Positions 40,758-51,228 of a stretch of 64,000 nt of DNA are shown piece after piece. Position 1 is the stretch's first letter, and every line of letters begins with the position of its first letter. Source of the DNA: Candidatus Limnocylindrales bacterium (GTDB lineage: Bacteria; Moduliflexota; Moduliflexia; Moduliflexales; JAUQPW01); contig DATMBG010000012.1 in the NCBI GenBank assembly GCA_035559535.1, positions 62,001 to 126,000 on the forward strand, in the 5' to 3' direction. The position numbers and the translations under genes are program-made. The notes below the pieces were generated by a model. The model did no database searches. It saw nothing but the letters and a program-made list of their open reading frames with translations, and was not told the origin of the DNA.

Positions 40758-41522
40758 TTATCGCATCCTCCGACCCAGTTTTTCAAAGGTGTCCTGGATA
40801 CCTCTTTGGAAAAAGTCGAGGTCACTTCCCAAGGTGATAATTTGGAACCCTTGGGCGATACGTTGTTTGCATTCTTCCACGGGGGCACTGGCAAAGCCTC
40901 CGGGTACACCTACTTTCTTTCCTCTTTCAACAATATTTTCAATTGCCTTTTCTACTTCGGGATGGTGAATATCTCCCAAATGCCCTAAAGAAGCAGCCAG
41001 GTCGTTAGGACCGATCAGGTAAGCGTCTATGCCCGGTGTGGTGAGAATTTCCTCAAGATTATCCACAGCCTCCCGGGTTTCGATTTGAGCGATAATCAAT
41101 ATTTCCTCATTAGCCGTTTTGGTATATTCTAAGCGATCTCCTCCAGATGTAGTAACCCATCTGGGTCCGAATCCCCGAAGACCCTGGGGAGGATATTTTG
41201 ACGCCCGAACGGCAGCTTCTGCCTGTGCCCGGTTGTTTATCCAGGGTATGATCAATCCATAGGCACCTACATCCAAAGCTTTCTTGATCAAAACCTGATC
41301 ATTCCAGGCCACCCGGACAATGGGGGTACATCGTCCACCTCGAGCCACCTGAAGCATGGGTTGAAGTAATTCTGCGTTAAGGGGTGAATGCTCTGTATCA
41401 AACCATAACCAATCAAAGTTCATCCGGGACATAATCTCTACAATATCCAGATTACAGGTTCCAATTACCGCTCCGATAACTACCTCGCCCCGACGTAACT
41501 TTTCTTTTGTGGTATTTTTCAT
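40758..41522 (-). CDS. HpcH/HpaI aldolase family protein
   Basis: FDWLWFDTEHSP, PIVRV, YPPQGLRG, QIET, IGPNDL. Confidence 0.9.
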   Translation of the reverse strand: MKNTTKEKLRRGEVVIGAVIGTCNLDIVEIMSRMNFDWLWFDTEHSPLNAELLQPMLQVARGGRCTPIVRVAWNDQVLIKKALDVGAYGLIIPWINNRAQAEAAVRASKYPPQGLRGFGPRWVTTSGGDRLEYTKTANEEILIIAQIETREAVDNLEEILTTPGIDAYLIGPNDLAASLGHLGDIHHPEVEKAIENIVERGKKVGVPGGFASAPVEECKQRIAQGFQIITLGSDLDFFQRGIQDTFEKLGRRMR

Positions 41523-41807
41523 AAATTAGAAGTCAGGAGTCAGAAATCAGAAGTTGCTGGGATCTCTGGCCTTTGATTCCTGATGCCCGATCCATTCTGC
41601 GCTTGATAAGGTTGTGCCGGGTAGATTCCCCAGGAGAATAAAGATAATTGCAAGGATAAAAATATTCTGGGTTTTCACGTTAATCTGCCGATTCAGTCTG
41701 AAAATATTGCATAACCTCCCTGGAAGTATTCTTGAATCACCCGCAAACAGGTCAACTGCCTGCAATTTCCCCTATCATTGATCAGGGATTTCAACGGGGA
41801 AATGGCA

Positions 41808-42512
41808 TTACTTCCGATGCTCTTGATACCAGTTACAGAGATCGGTTAATGGGCATCGCTGGCAACGTGGAGTACCCCAGATGCATATTTTCTGCCCATG
41901 TTGGAGCATATTTACGTGGAAATTAAAGAGCACATGGGGATTCGGTGGTAACAGGGCCGATAAAAAGGTATGGGCAGCCGTTGGATTAACCTTTGGGCCG
42001 ATGAGGCCTAACCGCTGACTGACCCGATGAACATGGGTATCAACCGGTAAAGTTGGTTTGCCGAAACAGAAAAGCAACACCAGAGAAGCCGTCTTGATTC
42101 CTACCCCGGGTAGGGACATCAACCAGCGAAGTCCTTCTTCTGGAGGTACATCCCGAAGAAAATCGATGGAAGGTTCGCCCCGTTCTGCAATGATACGTCG
42201 CAGGGCTTCTTTGATGTTAGATGCCTTGGCTTCAGCAAAGTTCGCAGGGGCAATGATACGACTTAGCTCCTCTACAGGGGCATCCCGGATTGCCTCCCAG
42301 GATCCGAAATGCTCCCACATCCGTTGGAAGGCGATGGCTTCATTCTGCTGGGTTGTCCGATGTGAGAGCATCGTTGAGATCAGTTCGTGCATGGGTTCAC
42401 GCCGGGGTACCAGGGGATGTTCTCCATAGGTTTGCAGGAGTCGTTGGTAGACCTCCCAGATCTTTGCCCGTAACTGCTGGTCCGGTGCTGAATTTACCGA
42501 AGATTGCGACAT
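41808..42512 (-). CDS. Endonuclease III-like HhH-GPD DNA glycosylase
   Basis: LPGVGIKTA, VDTHVHR, C-x6-C-x2-C-x5-C Fe-S motif. Confidence 0.9.
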   Translation of the reverse strand: MSQSSVNSAPDQQLRAKIWEVYQRLLQTYGEHPLVPRREPMHELISTMLSHRTTQQNEAIAFQRMWEHFGSWEAIRDAPVEELSRIIAPANFAEAKASNIKEALRRIIAERGEPSIDFLRDVPPEEGLRWLMSLPGVGIKTASLVLLFCFGKPTLPVDTHVHRVSQRLGLIGPKVNPTAAHTFLSALLPPNPHVLFNFHVNMLQHGQKICIWGTPRCQRCPLTDLCNWYQEHRK

Positions 42513-42815
42513 AAATAGTTATTTCATCAACCTTCCCCTTCCTCCACTTTCCAGCCGAACTTTTCTTTCTTATATCTAAAATCTAAGATAAAATAACTTC
42601 TGGAGACAAGGAGAATTTCCGATTTGAAACCCAGCTTGTCCTCCTGGACGATCCAGTCACAGGGTGCTTTATTTAGCCGGGTTGTTTAAAGACGGTTTAT
42701 TTTATTTACTCTACTTTATCCTATACTTTTGCAGTTTTTAACTTGAATCCGTTAAATTGTATTTGGATCCATTTAGTAGGTGAAGAAGAAACACCCCCCA
42801 TTCCCCCTCAAGGGG

Positions 42816-42948
42816 TAAGGCTGTTAAGTTCTCTGAGAAGTACAGAGGAGTCTCTTTGGATGAGCACGAATCCAGGGTGCTTCTCTGGGACTCACTTTAT
42901 CAAAAATATCAAAGACTATCCGAAATACTTGAGAACTTAACAGCCCTG
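42816..42948. mobile_element. 133-bp MITE with a probable 11-bp target duplication, inserted in a palindromic repeat
   Basis: Perfect 15-bp inverted repeat GGCTGTTAAGTTCTC/GAGAACTTAACAGCC; flanks CCCTCAAGGGG (42805-42815) and CCCTCCAGGGG (42949-42959). Confidence 0.75.
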
Positions 42949-43154
42949 CCCTCCAGGGGGGACTGATATAGGGTCGCTCCCAATGAAGTCCTCCCTGGAG
43001 GGGGAGACAGGGGGTGTTCAGACATAAAAAAGTGATACCTACTAAACAATCATAACCCGTTGGGTCGCCACGAAGGAAGTATGAAAACCGTAAGATGATT
43101 TTCGTAAGAAATTGTTACAGTTACCGTTAAATTTTAAATCCAATAACTTAGGTA

Positions 43155-43223
43155 AGCCCCTCCGGGACCAGCTTAATAAAAAGAACATCGATTCGCTACA
43201 AACAGATCGCCCCTGTGGGGCTT
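43155..43223. repeat. REP-like element (CTACAAACAGATCGCCCCTGTGGGGCT)
   Basis: Shares an AAACAG.TCGCCCC core with copies near 11340, 40650 and 48220. Confidence 0.5.
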
Positions 43224-43284
43224 TTGTAATTTAATAAAATCCATAACTTACAAAAAGTGCCAAAGTATAAAGTCACTTAATCCC

Positions 43285-44301
43285 TTAAAGTGTTACGGTT
43301 TTTTGGGATCCATTACGGTTCATTTTCCAGGCACGGAGGAATTTCCCAAAAACTCCATTCCAGGGTGGAATAACAATAGAGACTGCGCCAAAGGCCTGAG
43401 CCATACAGGCCAGGCGTATCAACGGCTTTGGCTCATTCGTATCAATGTAGCCAAACTCTTTTATCTTCCGTCCCTCAAGAGGACTCACCTCAGAGAGTTT
43501 TTCAGCACCACCTAAAATACCTACCCAACAGGTCCCACAGGCCGCCGAACGACATTGAACAGGGATAGGTCCTTCCTCCTTCATACAACGAGGATCGCGC
43601 CAGGTATGATCCCGTTTATCATACATCGCCGCTGTGGTGAGTTCCTGAGTATGAATCAGTTTAAACTTTGCAGTCTCATCATTTTCATCGAAGGTTACCG
43701 TCCATTCCTTTTTAATCCCCCTGAGAAAGCCAAATAATCCCTGCCAGTCATCTCGAGCACGGGCTTTTAATATCTGCTCCGGAGACTTCTTGAAGAACTT
43801 GGGATTTAGATAAATAACCCCCGGTGCTGCTTTAAAGGTATTCAAACCGACCTGTTGTAAGGTCATCAAAGCCACGGCAGTAATACCGATAAGCAGGGAG
43901 TCTTCTACGTTCATTTTCCTTGCAACACTACCAGCAAGCTCGCCTATCAAAGCCTTAAGGTCCAGGTCCGTAGAAGGTTTTACAGAGGAAGCATACTCTG
44001 CTACTGCGTTTTTGACTTCAGGCCAAAAACGGTGACCGTACAAAAACCGATGCGAAGAATCAATCTGATCTTTCAATTGATATTTTCCTTGCAACAGTAA
44101 ATCCCTGGCCAGTTGAACCGGATCCTCCGCCTGTTGAAGAGCGCGGGCGAGATCCAGTGGAAAGAATTTGAACCAGATCTGCGTAGCCGTTTTGTCTACA
44201 TCATGGATAGACGGTAGAAGAGCCGTAATAACTCTAGACCATGTTTCGCTGTCTTGCCGATTTAAGAGAGTTTCAAAGGGAGTTTCACGATTTGTATTCA
44301 T
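43285..44301 (-). CDS. Uncharacterised protein with a C-terminal [2Fe-2S] ferredoxin-type domain
   Basis: CRSAACGTC...RLAC motif; roughly 220 aa unknown N-terminal region; start moved to 44301. Confidence 0.75.
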   Translation of the reverse strand: MNTNRETPFETLLNRQDSETWSRVITALLPSIHDVDKTATQIWFKFFPLDLARALQQAEDPVQLARDLLLQGKYQLKDQIDSSHRFLYGHRFWPEVKNAVAEYASSVKPSTDLDLKALIGELAGSVARKMNVEDSLLIGITAVALMTLQQVGLNTFKAAPGVIYLNPKFFKKSPEQILKARARDDWQGLFGFLRGIKKEWTVTFDENDETAKFKLIHTQELTTAAMYDKRDHTWRDPRCMKEEGPIPVQCRSAACGTCWVGILGGAEKLSEVSPLEGRKIKEFGYIDTNEPKPLIRLACMAQAFGAVSIVIPPWNGVFGKFLRAWKMNRNGSQKTVTL

Positions 44302-44555
44302 AACTACTTCGATTTTAAAACAAGCAAAAGGCAAAGGATAAGAATAATCTCCGAAGGATTCTGAGGAGCCGGAAAACTATTTTTTTATCCTTCAACCGAG
44401 ACGGTTGATCTACCATACATCCTGCCTTTTGATGTTCCTGCATTGATAAAGAGTTTAATCATCCTTCGCAGATAATCTTTTGTCCCTTGCCTTATGCCTT
44501 AACCCGACCTTAAGAAAGGTAGATGAACCTGCACATTGGTTAAAATAAAGGGAAA

Positions 44556-45704
44556 CTATTTCGTCGAGAATTGATAAACCGTGGTCGTTCTATAGGTTTG
44601 ACCAGGTTTGAGAACTGTCGAAGGAAATTGAGGCTTATTGGGAGAATCTGGAAAATGCTGGGTTTCCAGGCAGAACCCATAGCGTTGGTAGTAGACTTTA
44701 CCTCCCTTACCTGTAATGGTACCGTCTAAGAAATTTCCGGTATAAAACTGCATACCCGGCTCTGTGGTAAAAACCTCCATAACCCGTCCGGTTTTAGGTT
44801 CATATACCCTGGCAACTCGTGTCAGCGCACCTTCTACAATGTTCAGCACCCAGTTATGGTCATAACCTTTGCCAAAGATGAGTTGTTCATCTTCTTGATT
44901 AATCCTGGCTCCAATAGCCGTAGATTGCGTAAAATCCATGGGTGTGCCCTTAACACTTCGCAATTCCCCCGTCGGTATTAAAGTTTTGTCTACAGGAGTA
45001 AACTTATCGGCATTGATCATGAGCTCGTGACCTAAGATATCTCCTTCCCCTGCACCGGCCAGATTAAAATACGAGTGGTGGGTTAGATTAACCACCGTAT
45101 CCTTGTCGGTTGTTGCCAGGTAATTGATTTTCAGCTCGTTGTTATTGGTCAGAACGTAAGTAACGGTTACCGACAAATTACCCGGGTATCCCTCCTCGCC
45201 ATCTTTGCTCAGATAACTGAGTTCCACACCCACTCCATTACCGGCTTTAACCTCTTTTGCATTCCATACAACCTTATCAAACCCCTTAATCCCTCCATGC
45301 AGATGGTTCTCGCCGTTGTTTTGAGCCAGTTTATACTCGACTCCATTTAATACGAATCGGCCTTTAGCAATCCGATTGGCGTAACGTCCGATGATGCAAC
45401 CAAAATAAGGATTATTCTTGAGATATCCATCTAAATTATCATATCCCAGTACCACATCCCCCATCTTCCCATTCCTATCTGGAACTATCAGAGAAGTCAC
45501 CGTACCGCCATAATTCGTGATTTTTACCACCATACCGTTGTCATTTGTTAAGGTGTAGAGATCCACAGGTGTTCCATCGGGTGTTTTCCCAAAGGGTTGT
45601 TTTTCGATACCCATTTTAGCTTCAGTACTCAAACTGAAGCTAACCACAGATAGAACAATGATCCCTACCATCCAGGCAATTTTAAATTTACCCAAATGAC
45701 CCAT
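44556..45704 (-). CDS. galM: Aldose 1-epimerase (mutarotase), exported
   Basis: GRYANRI, NHLHGG, HSYFNL, GYDHN, CLETQHFPDSPN; signal peptide. Confidence 0.93.
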   Translation of the reverse strand: MGHLGKFKIAWMVGIIVLSVVSFSLSTEAKMGIEKQPFGKTPDGTPVDLYTLTNDNGMVVKITNYGGTVTSLIVPDRNGKMGDVVLGYDNLDGYLKNNPYFGCIIGRYANRIAKGRFVLNGVEYKLAQNNGENHLHGGIKGFDKVVWNAKEVKAGNGVGVELSYLSKDGEEGYPGNLSVTVTYVLTNNNELKINYLATTDKDTVVNLTHHSYFNLAGAGEGDILGHELMINADKFTPVDKTLIPTGELRSVKGTPMDFTQSTAIGARINQEDEQLIFGKGYDHNWVLNIVEGALTRVARVYEPKTGRVMEVFTTEPGMQFYTGNFLDGTITGKGGKVYYQRYGFCLETQHFPDSPNKPQFPSTVLKPGQTYRTTTVYQFSTK

Positions 45705-45982
45705 ACTGACCTCCTTTTCTTAGGAATCAGGAGTCAGAGTTCGGGATTCAGGATGAAGATCGTATCCACTCTACAGTTTGTCCTGATATGTGTAAGGTAT
45801 GATAGTTTCTTCACTCTATGCCAGTTTCTGACTTCTGACCCGTTACCAAAATACTCTCTATGCAGGTTCATCCTGCGAAATATTACCTTATTATCATAAC
45901 CTCTATTTTTTTGTCCAGTCCAAAATGATCCTTGGACAGGAAGGGCGTCACCACCGTATGTGTCAGATTCGATTCAGGTTAA

Positions 45983-46447
45983 TTATCGAGCGATCGCAGC
46001 AGGGGTTGCTTGACAAAGGCGAATGAGATCGGTGGGTTGGAGTTGAATTTCTAACCCTCGCTTTCCCGCACTAACGTAGATAGTTTCGAATTGTAGCATG
46101 CTTTCATCCACTACGGTCGGTAAACGCTTGCGCTGTCCAAGGGGGCTGATCCCCCCCGCCACATAACCGGTTGCACGTTCTGCATCGGTAATCTCTGCCA
46201 TGGCTGCCTTCTTCGCTCCCAAGACCGAAGCCAGAGCCTTTAGATCTAAATTCTTGTTAACAGGTACCAGAGCCACCACGAGTTGCCCTTCGACCCTGGT
46301 AACGAGGGTTTTATAAACCTGAGAGGGATCAACACCGAGTGCACGCGCAGCTTCCAGTCCATAAGAATCGGTAGACGGATCGTGTTTATATTCATGGACG
46401 GTAAACGCAATACCTGCTTTTTTTGCTGCAATAATGGCCGGAGTCAC
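45983..46447 (-). CDS. ybaK: Cys-tRNA(Pro) deacylase
   Basis: MTPA, YKTLV, TGYVAGGISPLGQRKRL, SAGKRGL. Confidence 0.93.
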   Translation of the reverse strand: MTPAIIAAKKAGIAFTVHEYKHDPSTDSYGLEAARALGVDPSQVYKTLVTRVEGQLVVALVPVNKNLDLKALASVLGAKKAAMAEITDAERATGYVAGGISPLGQRKRLPTVVDESMLQFETIYVSAGKRGLEIQLQPTDLIRLCQATPAAIAR

Positions 46448-46559
46448 CGCGTTTTTTAAGTAGATGGAAGGCGAAAATGAGATTACAACTTGACTCTAAG
46501 TAAGAGTAAAAATCTTTCACATACTCCATCAATGGAAAAATAAAATGAACCGGGAAGGT

Positions 46560-47054
46560 TCAATGTTTATCTAATCCCAGACCCTGCTTGATCAACTGCA
46601 CGATGGTTTCCGGTTTCTGATTCACATCGATTGTCAGGACTCCTTTTGGCTCCTCCAGTGTATTAAACTGACTGGTCAGGAGATCTGCTTTCATGTAATG
46701 TCCTTTGCGTTCCTGGAGGCGCCTGAGGATGAGATCATAAGTTCCCTTCAGATAGACAAAAAGGGCTCCCGGATTATCCTTCAGGAGATGATCCCGGTAA
46801 GCCTGTTTAAGAGCGGAACAGGCAAGGATAGCAGGTTGACCTTCCTGGAGGCATTTGTGGATCAACTGCTGAAGTGTATCCAACCAGGGTTTCCGGTCCT
46901 CGTCATTTAAGGGAATCCCCCGGCTCATTTTATCAATATTGGTTTGGGGATGAAAATCATCCCCATCGTAAAATGGCCAGCCAAGGTCTTTGGCGAGAAA
47001 TTGCCCGATTAATGTCTTACCGGAGCCTGAAACTCCCATTAAAATGATGACCAT
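46560..47054 (-). CDS. gntK: Gluconokinase
   Basis: MGVSGSGKT, DGDDFHP..NI.KM..GIPL.DEDR.PWL, ACSALK. Confidence 0.93.
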   Translation of the reverse strand: MVIILMGVSGSGKTLIGQFLAKDLGWPFYDGDDFHPQTNIDKMSRGIPLNDEDRKPWLDTLQQLIHKCLQEGQPAILACSALKQAYRDHLLKDNPGALFVYLKGTYDLILRRLQERKGHYMKADLLTSQFNTLEEPKGVLTIDVNQKPETIVQLIKQGLGLDKH

Positions 47055-47146
47055 GTCTATCTGCCCTCTTCCCTCTTCCGTTTATCATGTTAGGGGTTAC
47101 TTACCAACAGAAAATGGTCCATGGAAATGAGAAATCCTATCTGTTT

Positions 47147-47950
47147 TTATCTACGGATCGTTTCACGTGCCTGCCGAACCATTTCCACCAAAACCGTTCG
47201 AGCTTCCTGGGGGGTTCTTACTTCACGAAGAAACGGGATACGGGTTCCATATACACGCTCTCCGGTCTTTAGCCGTACTTGAAACCCTAAACGGTCAACC
47301 GAAGTCATAACAGCCTCTTCTGCCTCAACATTCCCAAAAACTTTTGCGAGGAGAATTAATGAATCGGCATGGTCTGTATTCATGTGCTGGAGGATTCCAG
47401 TTGCTATATCTGCCAGCGGGTCAGGTTCTACGCGATAATATTCCTCGGCGGTGATCCATCCCATCATGCCGAAACCGCCCACAAAATAGACATCCACGAT
47501 ATCCATCCGGTAAAATGCGAAGTCATCGAAATCCACCCAGTACCTGGCGTTTTCATATCCTGCCAGGTAGCGCTCCCGTACCCCTGCTAACTCTTCCTCC
47601 GGAACTCTGGAAACCCTTCCCATCAGTGTAACCCGGGCCATACCGAGAGGGTCCCCCTCCCCATCGGGTTGAGTTATCAACAGGCTGGCCCGGGGGTCCT
47701 GGAGAAGGTTCTGGGTATGGACGGCCATTGTACTGATGAGAAAAATAGGCCGACCCTGCTCATCCCCGGCATAGGGCATTACAGAGCCAAAGGGCCAGCC
47801 GGGTCGTTTTCGGGAGAGGGTAGATAAACTTCCTACACGCCCCCGGTGCACTAAAGTACGCGCTCGTTCGGCATAAGAAGGCTCAGGGATTGAAGAGGTA
47901 GGGGCTACCGGGCCCTCACTATCGTGCCGTCTGAAAGATGGACCGGACAT
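47147..47950 (-). CDS. HugZ-family pyridoxamine 5'-phosphate oxidase-like protein with DUF2470 domain
   Basis: PFGS, FLISTMAVHTQNL..DPRASL, VGGFG, HMNTDH. Confidence 0.85.
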   Translation of the reverse strand: MSGPSFRRHDSEGPVAPTSSIPEPSYAERARTLVHRGRVGSLSTLSRKRPGWPFGSVMPYAGDEQGRPIFLISTMAVHTQNLLQDPRASLLITQPDGEGDPLGMARVTLMGRVSRVPEEELAGVRERYLAGYENARYWVDFDDFAFYRMDIVDVYFVGGFGMMGWITAEEYYRVEPDPLADIATGILQHMNTDHADSLILLAKVFGNVEAEEAVMTSVDRLGFQVRLKTGERVYGTRIPFLREVRTPQEARTVLVEMVRQARETIRR

Positions 47951-48088
47951 AGATATTCCTCCTTTTTAGGATTTTTATGATGTGTTTAACTATAAATTAT
48001 CTGCAAGGGAATCTCAATAAAAAATTAAACGAAAGGAGTTTAAATGAAAATAAAAGTACCTGTAACAACTTAGGAAGTGTAACTTTTT

Positions 48089-48380
48089 GAACACCCCTCT
48101 AACCCCCTACGCGCCAGGTTAAGCTGAAAACCCTGTCAGGGGCGAACCGTGGGTAGCCCCGACGCAAGTCGGGGGATTCCGTCATTCAGAATTTTCTTCA
48201 AGCTCCCTAGCCGCGGCCTGTTAAACAGGTAGCTCCGCTAGGGTTAACCTTCTTATCCCGACGCCTATAGGGAACACCCCCTAGTCCCCCCTCGAGGGGG
48301 GAATGGGGAGTGTTCAGGCCGAAAATAAGGCTTTTCCCCTTCTCAGCTTGATGTATATGGGGCTAGGAGGGGTTGGGGTT
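48089..48380. mobile_element. Composite of a MITE-like element (48107-48270) and an AACACCCC palindromic repeat
   Basis: Ends CTACGCGCCAGGTTAAG / CTTATCCCGACGCCTATAG; GAACACCCC..CTA..CCCC present on both flanks. Confidence 0.55.
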
Positions 48381-48649
48381 AATAAAATAATTCCTTCTGG
48401 AGTTATTCCGGTGTCTATGAGGTGAGAGAGGATTTCTTCTGCCTGCTAAATGGATACAGATACAAAATAAAGATTGTACTGGACTTTTAAAGATTTTTTT
48501 TCTATTCTGAAAAAAGAAAAAGGGTCTCTCCTTCTCCTGCAGCGGGGGAAAGGGGTTTAAAGTGAGGGTGAACCGTTACGGAGAGACTGTCTTTCAACGC
48601 GTGTTAAGACTTCTGTGGTTTTGAAAACCGCAAAAGTCCGCGAACAGAA

Positions 48650-49300
48650 ATGAGGTTAAAGATGTTAAAACGATTTTTCCTGTTGGGTTTAGCCCTTTAT
48701 ATTATCTTCCTTCCCGTTTCAAATACAGGGCATGCCCAGACCGAAACAGCCTTATCCGGGCTACAACTCGTAAAGGCTTTAAAACAGGGTGGGTATGTAA
48801 TTTTCTTCCGACATGCTGCCACCGACTGGACCCAGAGAGATACCTATCTGGGGAATTTAGAGAATTGCGAGACCCAACGCAATCTTTCTGAAAAGGGTCG
48901 GGAAGATGCAAAGGCCATCGGTCAGGCTTTCCGGGCCCTTGGAATCCCCATAGGTCAAGTCTTGGCAAGTCCTTACTGTCGGGCCCGGGAGACGGCTAAA
49001 CTGGCCTTTGGGCGTGTCGAACCCACCTTCGACTTGGTTTCCCCCTCTTATGTTAAAAGTGAGACTGAAAAAGAACAACTCAAAGATAAATTGCGGAATT
49101 TGCTTTCTACAATAGTTCCTGAGGGGACCAATACGATTCTCGTAGCCCACGGATTTAGTATTCGGGGAGCAACCGAGCTTACCCTCGCCGAAGGGGAGGC
49201 TGCCATATTTAAACCACTGGGTAAGGAGGGTTTCAAACTGGTAGGTCGGATCCTACCGGAAGAATGGGCTAAATTCGTAAAGGCTACGACCGGGCCGTAA
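48650..49300 (+). CDS. Exported histidine phosphatase-family protein
   Basis: Signal peptide, FFRHA, RNLS..GR, SPYCRARETA, LVAHG. Confidence 0.85.
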   Translation: MRLKMLKRFFLLGLALYIIFLPVSNTGHAQTETALSGLQLVKALKQGGYVIFFRHAATDWTQRDTYLGNLENCETQRNLSEKGREDAKAIGQAFRALGIPIGQVLASPYCRARETAKLAFGRVEPTFDLVSPSYVKSETEKEQLKDKLRNLLSTIVPEGTNTILVAHGFSIRGATELTLAEGEAAIFKPLGKEGFKLVGRILPEEWAKFVKATTGP

Positions 49301-49377
49301 AGGCTTCTTATCCAGGTTGGAGGTATTACCTCTCTCCTTCTGATTTAAAGGCTTTAAAAAACTTTTCCAAATGGGTC

Positions 49378-51198
49378 TTATGTATGCTTTTCGGTAACTC
49401 CTGCTCCTATTGTAGCGGCTGTTTTATCTTCTTTAGACAAAGCTGCTGCTATGTCATGCAGGGTGATGATTCCCAGCAGTTTGGATGGATCTTTTCGGCT
49501 AACTACGGGAAGTTGAGAAATACCTTTTTGCCCCAGCTTGAATATAACCTCATCCAACGTTTGATCGGGGTAGGCGCTGATTAAATCCTTGTTTAGAATC
49601 TCATCCAATCGACGGTTACCTTGATTGGCTGCCAGTGCTCGCTTTAAGTCATTGAAGGTAAAAAGGCCGATTAATCGGCCTTGCCTATTCATAACGGGGT
49701 AAGCGTGATGGTGTTCAGGAAGTAATTGTACATACCGGAAAGCCTCTGCAACGGACAGTTCGCCGTTTACAGTGGTTACTTCTCTCGTCATCGCCGCACG
49801 AACAGGTATCCGTTTCAAAACGTGTCTCTCCAGGTGGGGGAGATGAATTCCGTCTTGTAAAAGTAAGGCATCGTATATAGGGGTTGGGCTGAGTTTGGTG
49901 GCTACCGCATAACTGACGATATTGGCTACCATAAGGGGAAGAATAATGGCGTAATTATTAGTCATTTCAAATACCATGATAATAGAAGTAACTGGCGCAC
50001 CAACTATACCGGCAAATACTGCTCCCATACCCACCAGGGCAAAGGCTCCTGGTTGGGTTAAGGAATTATGTAGAATGAATCGGGTTAAGATTCCGATTCC
50101 ACCGCCGATCATTCCTCCTATGTAAAGAGAAGGACCGAAGATCCCTCCTGAAGAACCTGAGCTATAAGATACCACCGTTCCTATCAATTTACAAATTCCA
50201 AGAATGATAAACATTGGGAGAGGCAGGTCCGTTTGTAAGGCAATGGAAAGCTGTCCATAACCGACTCCAAAGATGCTTGAAGAACCGGTAAGAAGAAGAG
50301 CCATAGTCCCTATTATCCCCAGGATAAGACCCCCTAAACCTGGAGTAGCCCAGGGGGGTATAATCTGCTGATTTTGAAAAAACATCCGCAAACGGAGGAG
50401 TCCTTCCTTAAAAAGGACTGCTGTAAGTCCTGCTATAATTCCCAATAAAGCGTAGAAAACGAGTTCAACGGCAGAATTTAATTTATAAGGTGGAACGGTA
50501 AACAGAGGATGTTCGCCCAGCATGGCCCGTTCAATTACGGCTGCAATAACGGCAGCTATCACAATGGACCCCAGGGGCTTTGCGGCGGTATCTCCCAATA
50601 TCTCTTCAAGGGTGAAGGTAAGAGCGGCTATGGGCGTATTGAAAGCAGCCGCCAGACCTGCTGCAGCACCTATCGGTAAAAGGCTCTGAAGTCTGCGCCG
50701 GGAGATGGCGAATATTCTTCCTAGCAGGGAAGCCAGGGCTGCACATATTTGAACAGTAGGTCCTTCACGTCCTAAACTTGCACCGGTACCGATATTGAAA
50801 GCGGCTAAAATCATTTTACCCGGAATGACCCGCGCGGGAATCCGTCCACCGTTCAGGTAAAAAGCCTTCTTAACCTGGGGTATACCACTTCCCCTGGCTT
50901 CAGGCGCAAAAGAAAGCCCTATACCTGAAATAAGACCGCCTACAGCAGGAATGAAGATCAGAAGGGGCATATGCCACCAATCCGACAGGGATGCTACAGA
51001 ATAGATGATATTTTCTTGAAAAAAGTCTAATAGTAAATGAAACACAACCGCGGCAAGTCCGCATAGACCACCGATAAGTAAGGTGAGAATAAATATTTTT
51101 TGGCTTTCACGAAGCGGAATTCTATTGAATATCCTCCGTGCTCGAATCTGGAGGCGATACCATTTGAGACTTCCTTTCATGGGGCTGCTTTTATTCAT
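49378..51198 (-). CDS. ClC chloride channel/antiporter with CBS domains
   Basis: GSGIP, GREGP, AAFNTP, GGIFGP; C-terminal CBS pair. Confidence 0.93.
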   Translation of the reverse strand: MNKSSPMKGSLKWYRLQIRARRIFNRIPLRESQKIFILTLLIGGLCGLAAVVFHLLLDFFQENIIYSVASLSDWWHMPLLIFIPAVGGLISGIGLSFAPEARGSGIPQVKKAFYLNGGRIPARVIPGKMILAAFNIGTGASLGREGPTVQICAALASLLGRIFAISRRRLQSLLPIGAAAGLAAAFNTPIAALTFTLEEILGDTAAKPLGSIVIAAVIAAVIERAMLGEHPLFTVPPYKLNSAVELVFYALLGIIAGLTAVLFKEGLLRLRMFFQNQQIIPPWATPGLGGLILGIIGTMALLLTGSSSIFGVGYGQLSIALQTDLPLPMFIILGICKLIGTVVSYSSGSSGGIFGPSLYIGGMIGGGIGILTRFILHNSLTQPGAFALVGMGAVFAGIVGAPVTSIIMVFEMTNNYAIILPLMVANIVSYAVATKLSPTPIYDALLLQDGIHLPHLERHVLKRIPVRAAMTREVTTVNGELSVAEAFRYVQLLPEHHHAYPVMNRQGRLIGLFTFNDLKRALAANQGNRRLDEILNKDLISAYPDQTLDEVIFKLGQKGISQLPVVSRKDPSKLLGIITLHDIAAALSKEDKTAATIGAGVTEKHT

Positions 51199-51228
51199 GA
51201 TACTTTTTCGAGGGTAGGTCCTTTCGGG

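Noticed and set aside
41547-41765. 72-aa ORF starting MQAVDLFAG, superficially like a DNA methyltransferase motif I
   Set aside because: Too short, lacks the rest of the motif and any other MTase motif
49378-51198. Fluoride-specific ClC-F
   Set aside because: Has the canonical GSGIP chloride motif and no fluoride riboswitch upstream
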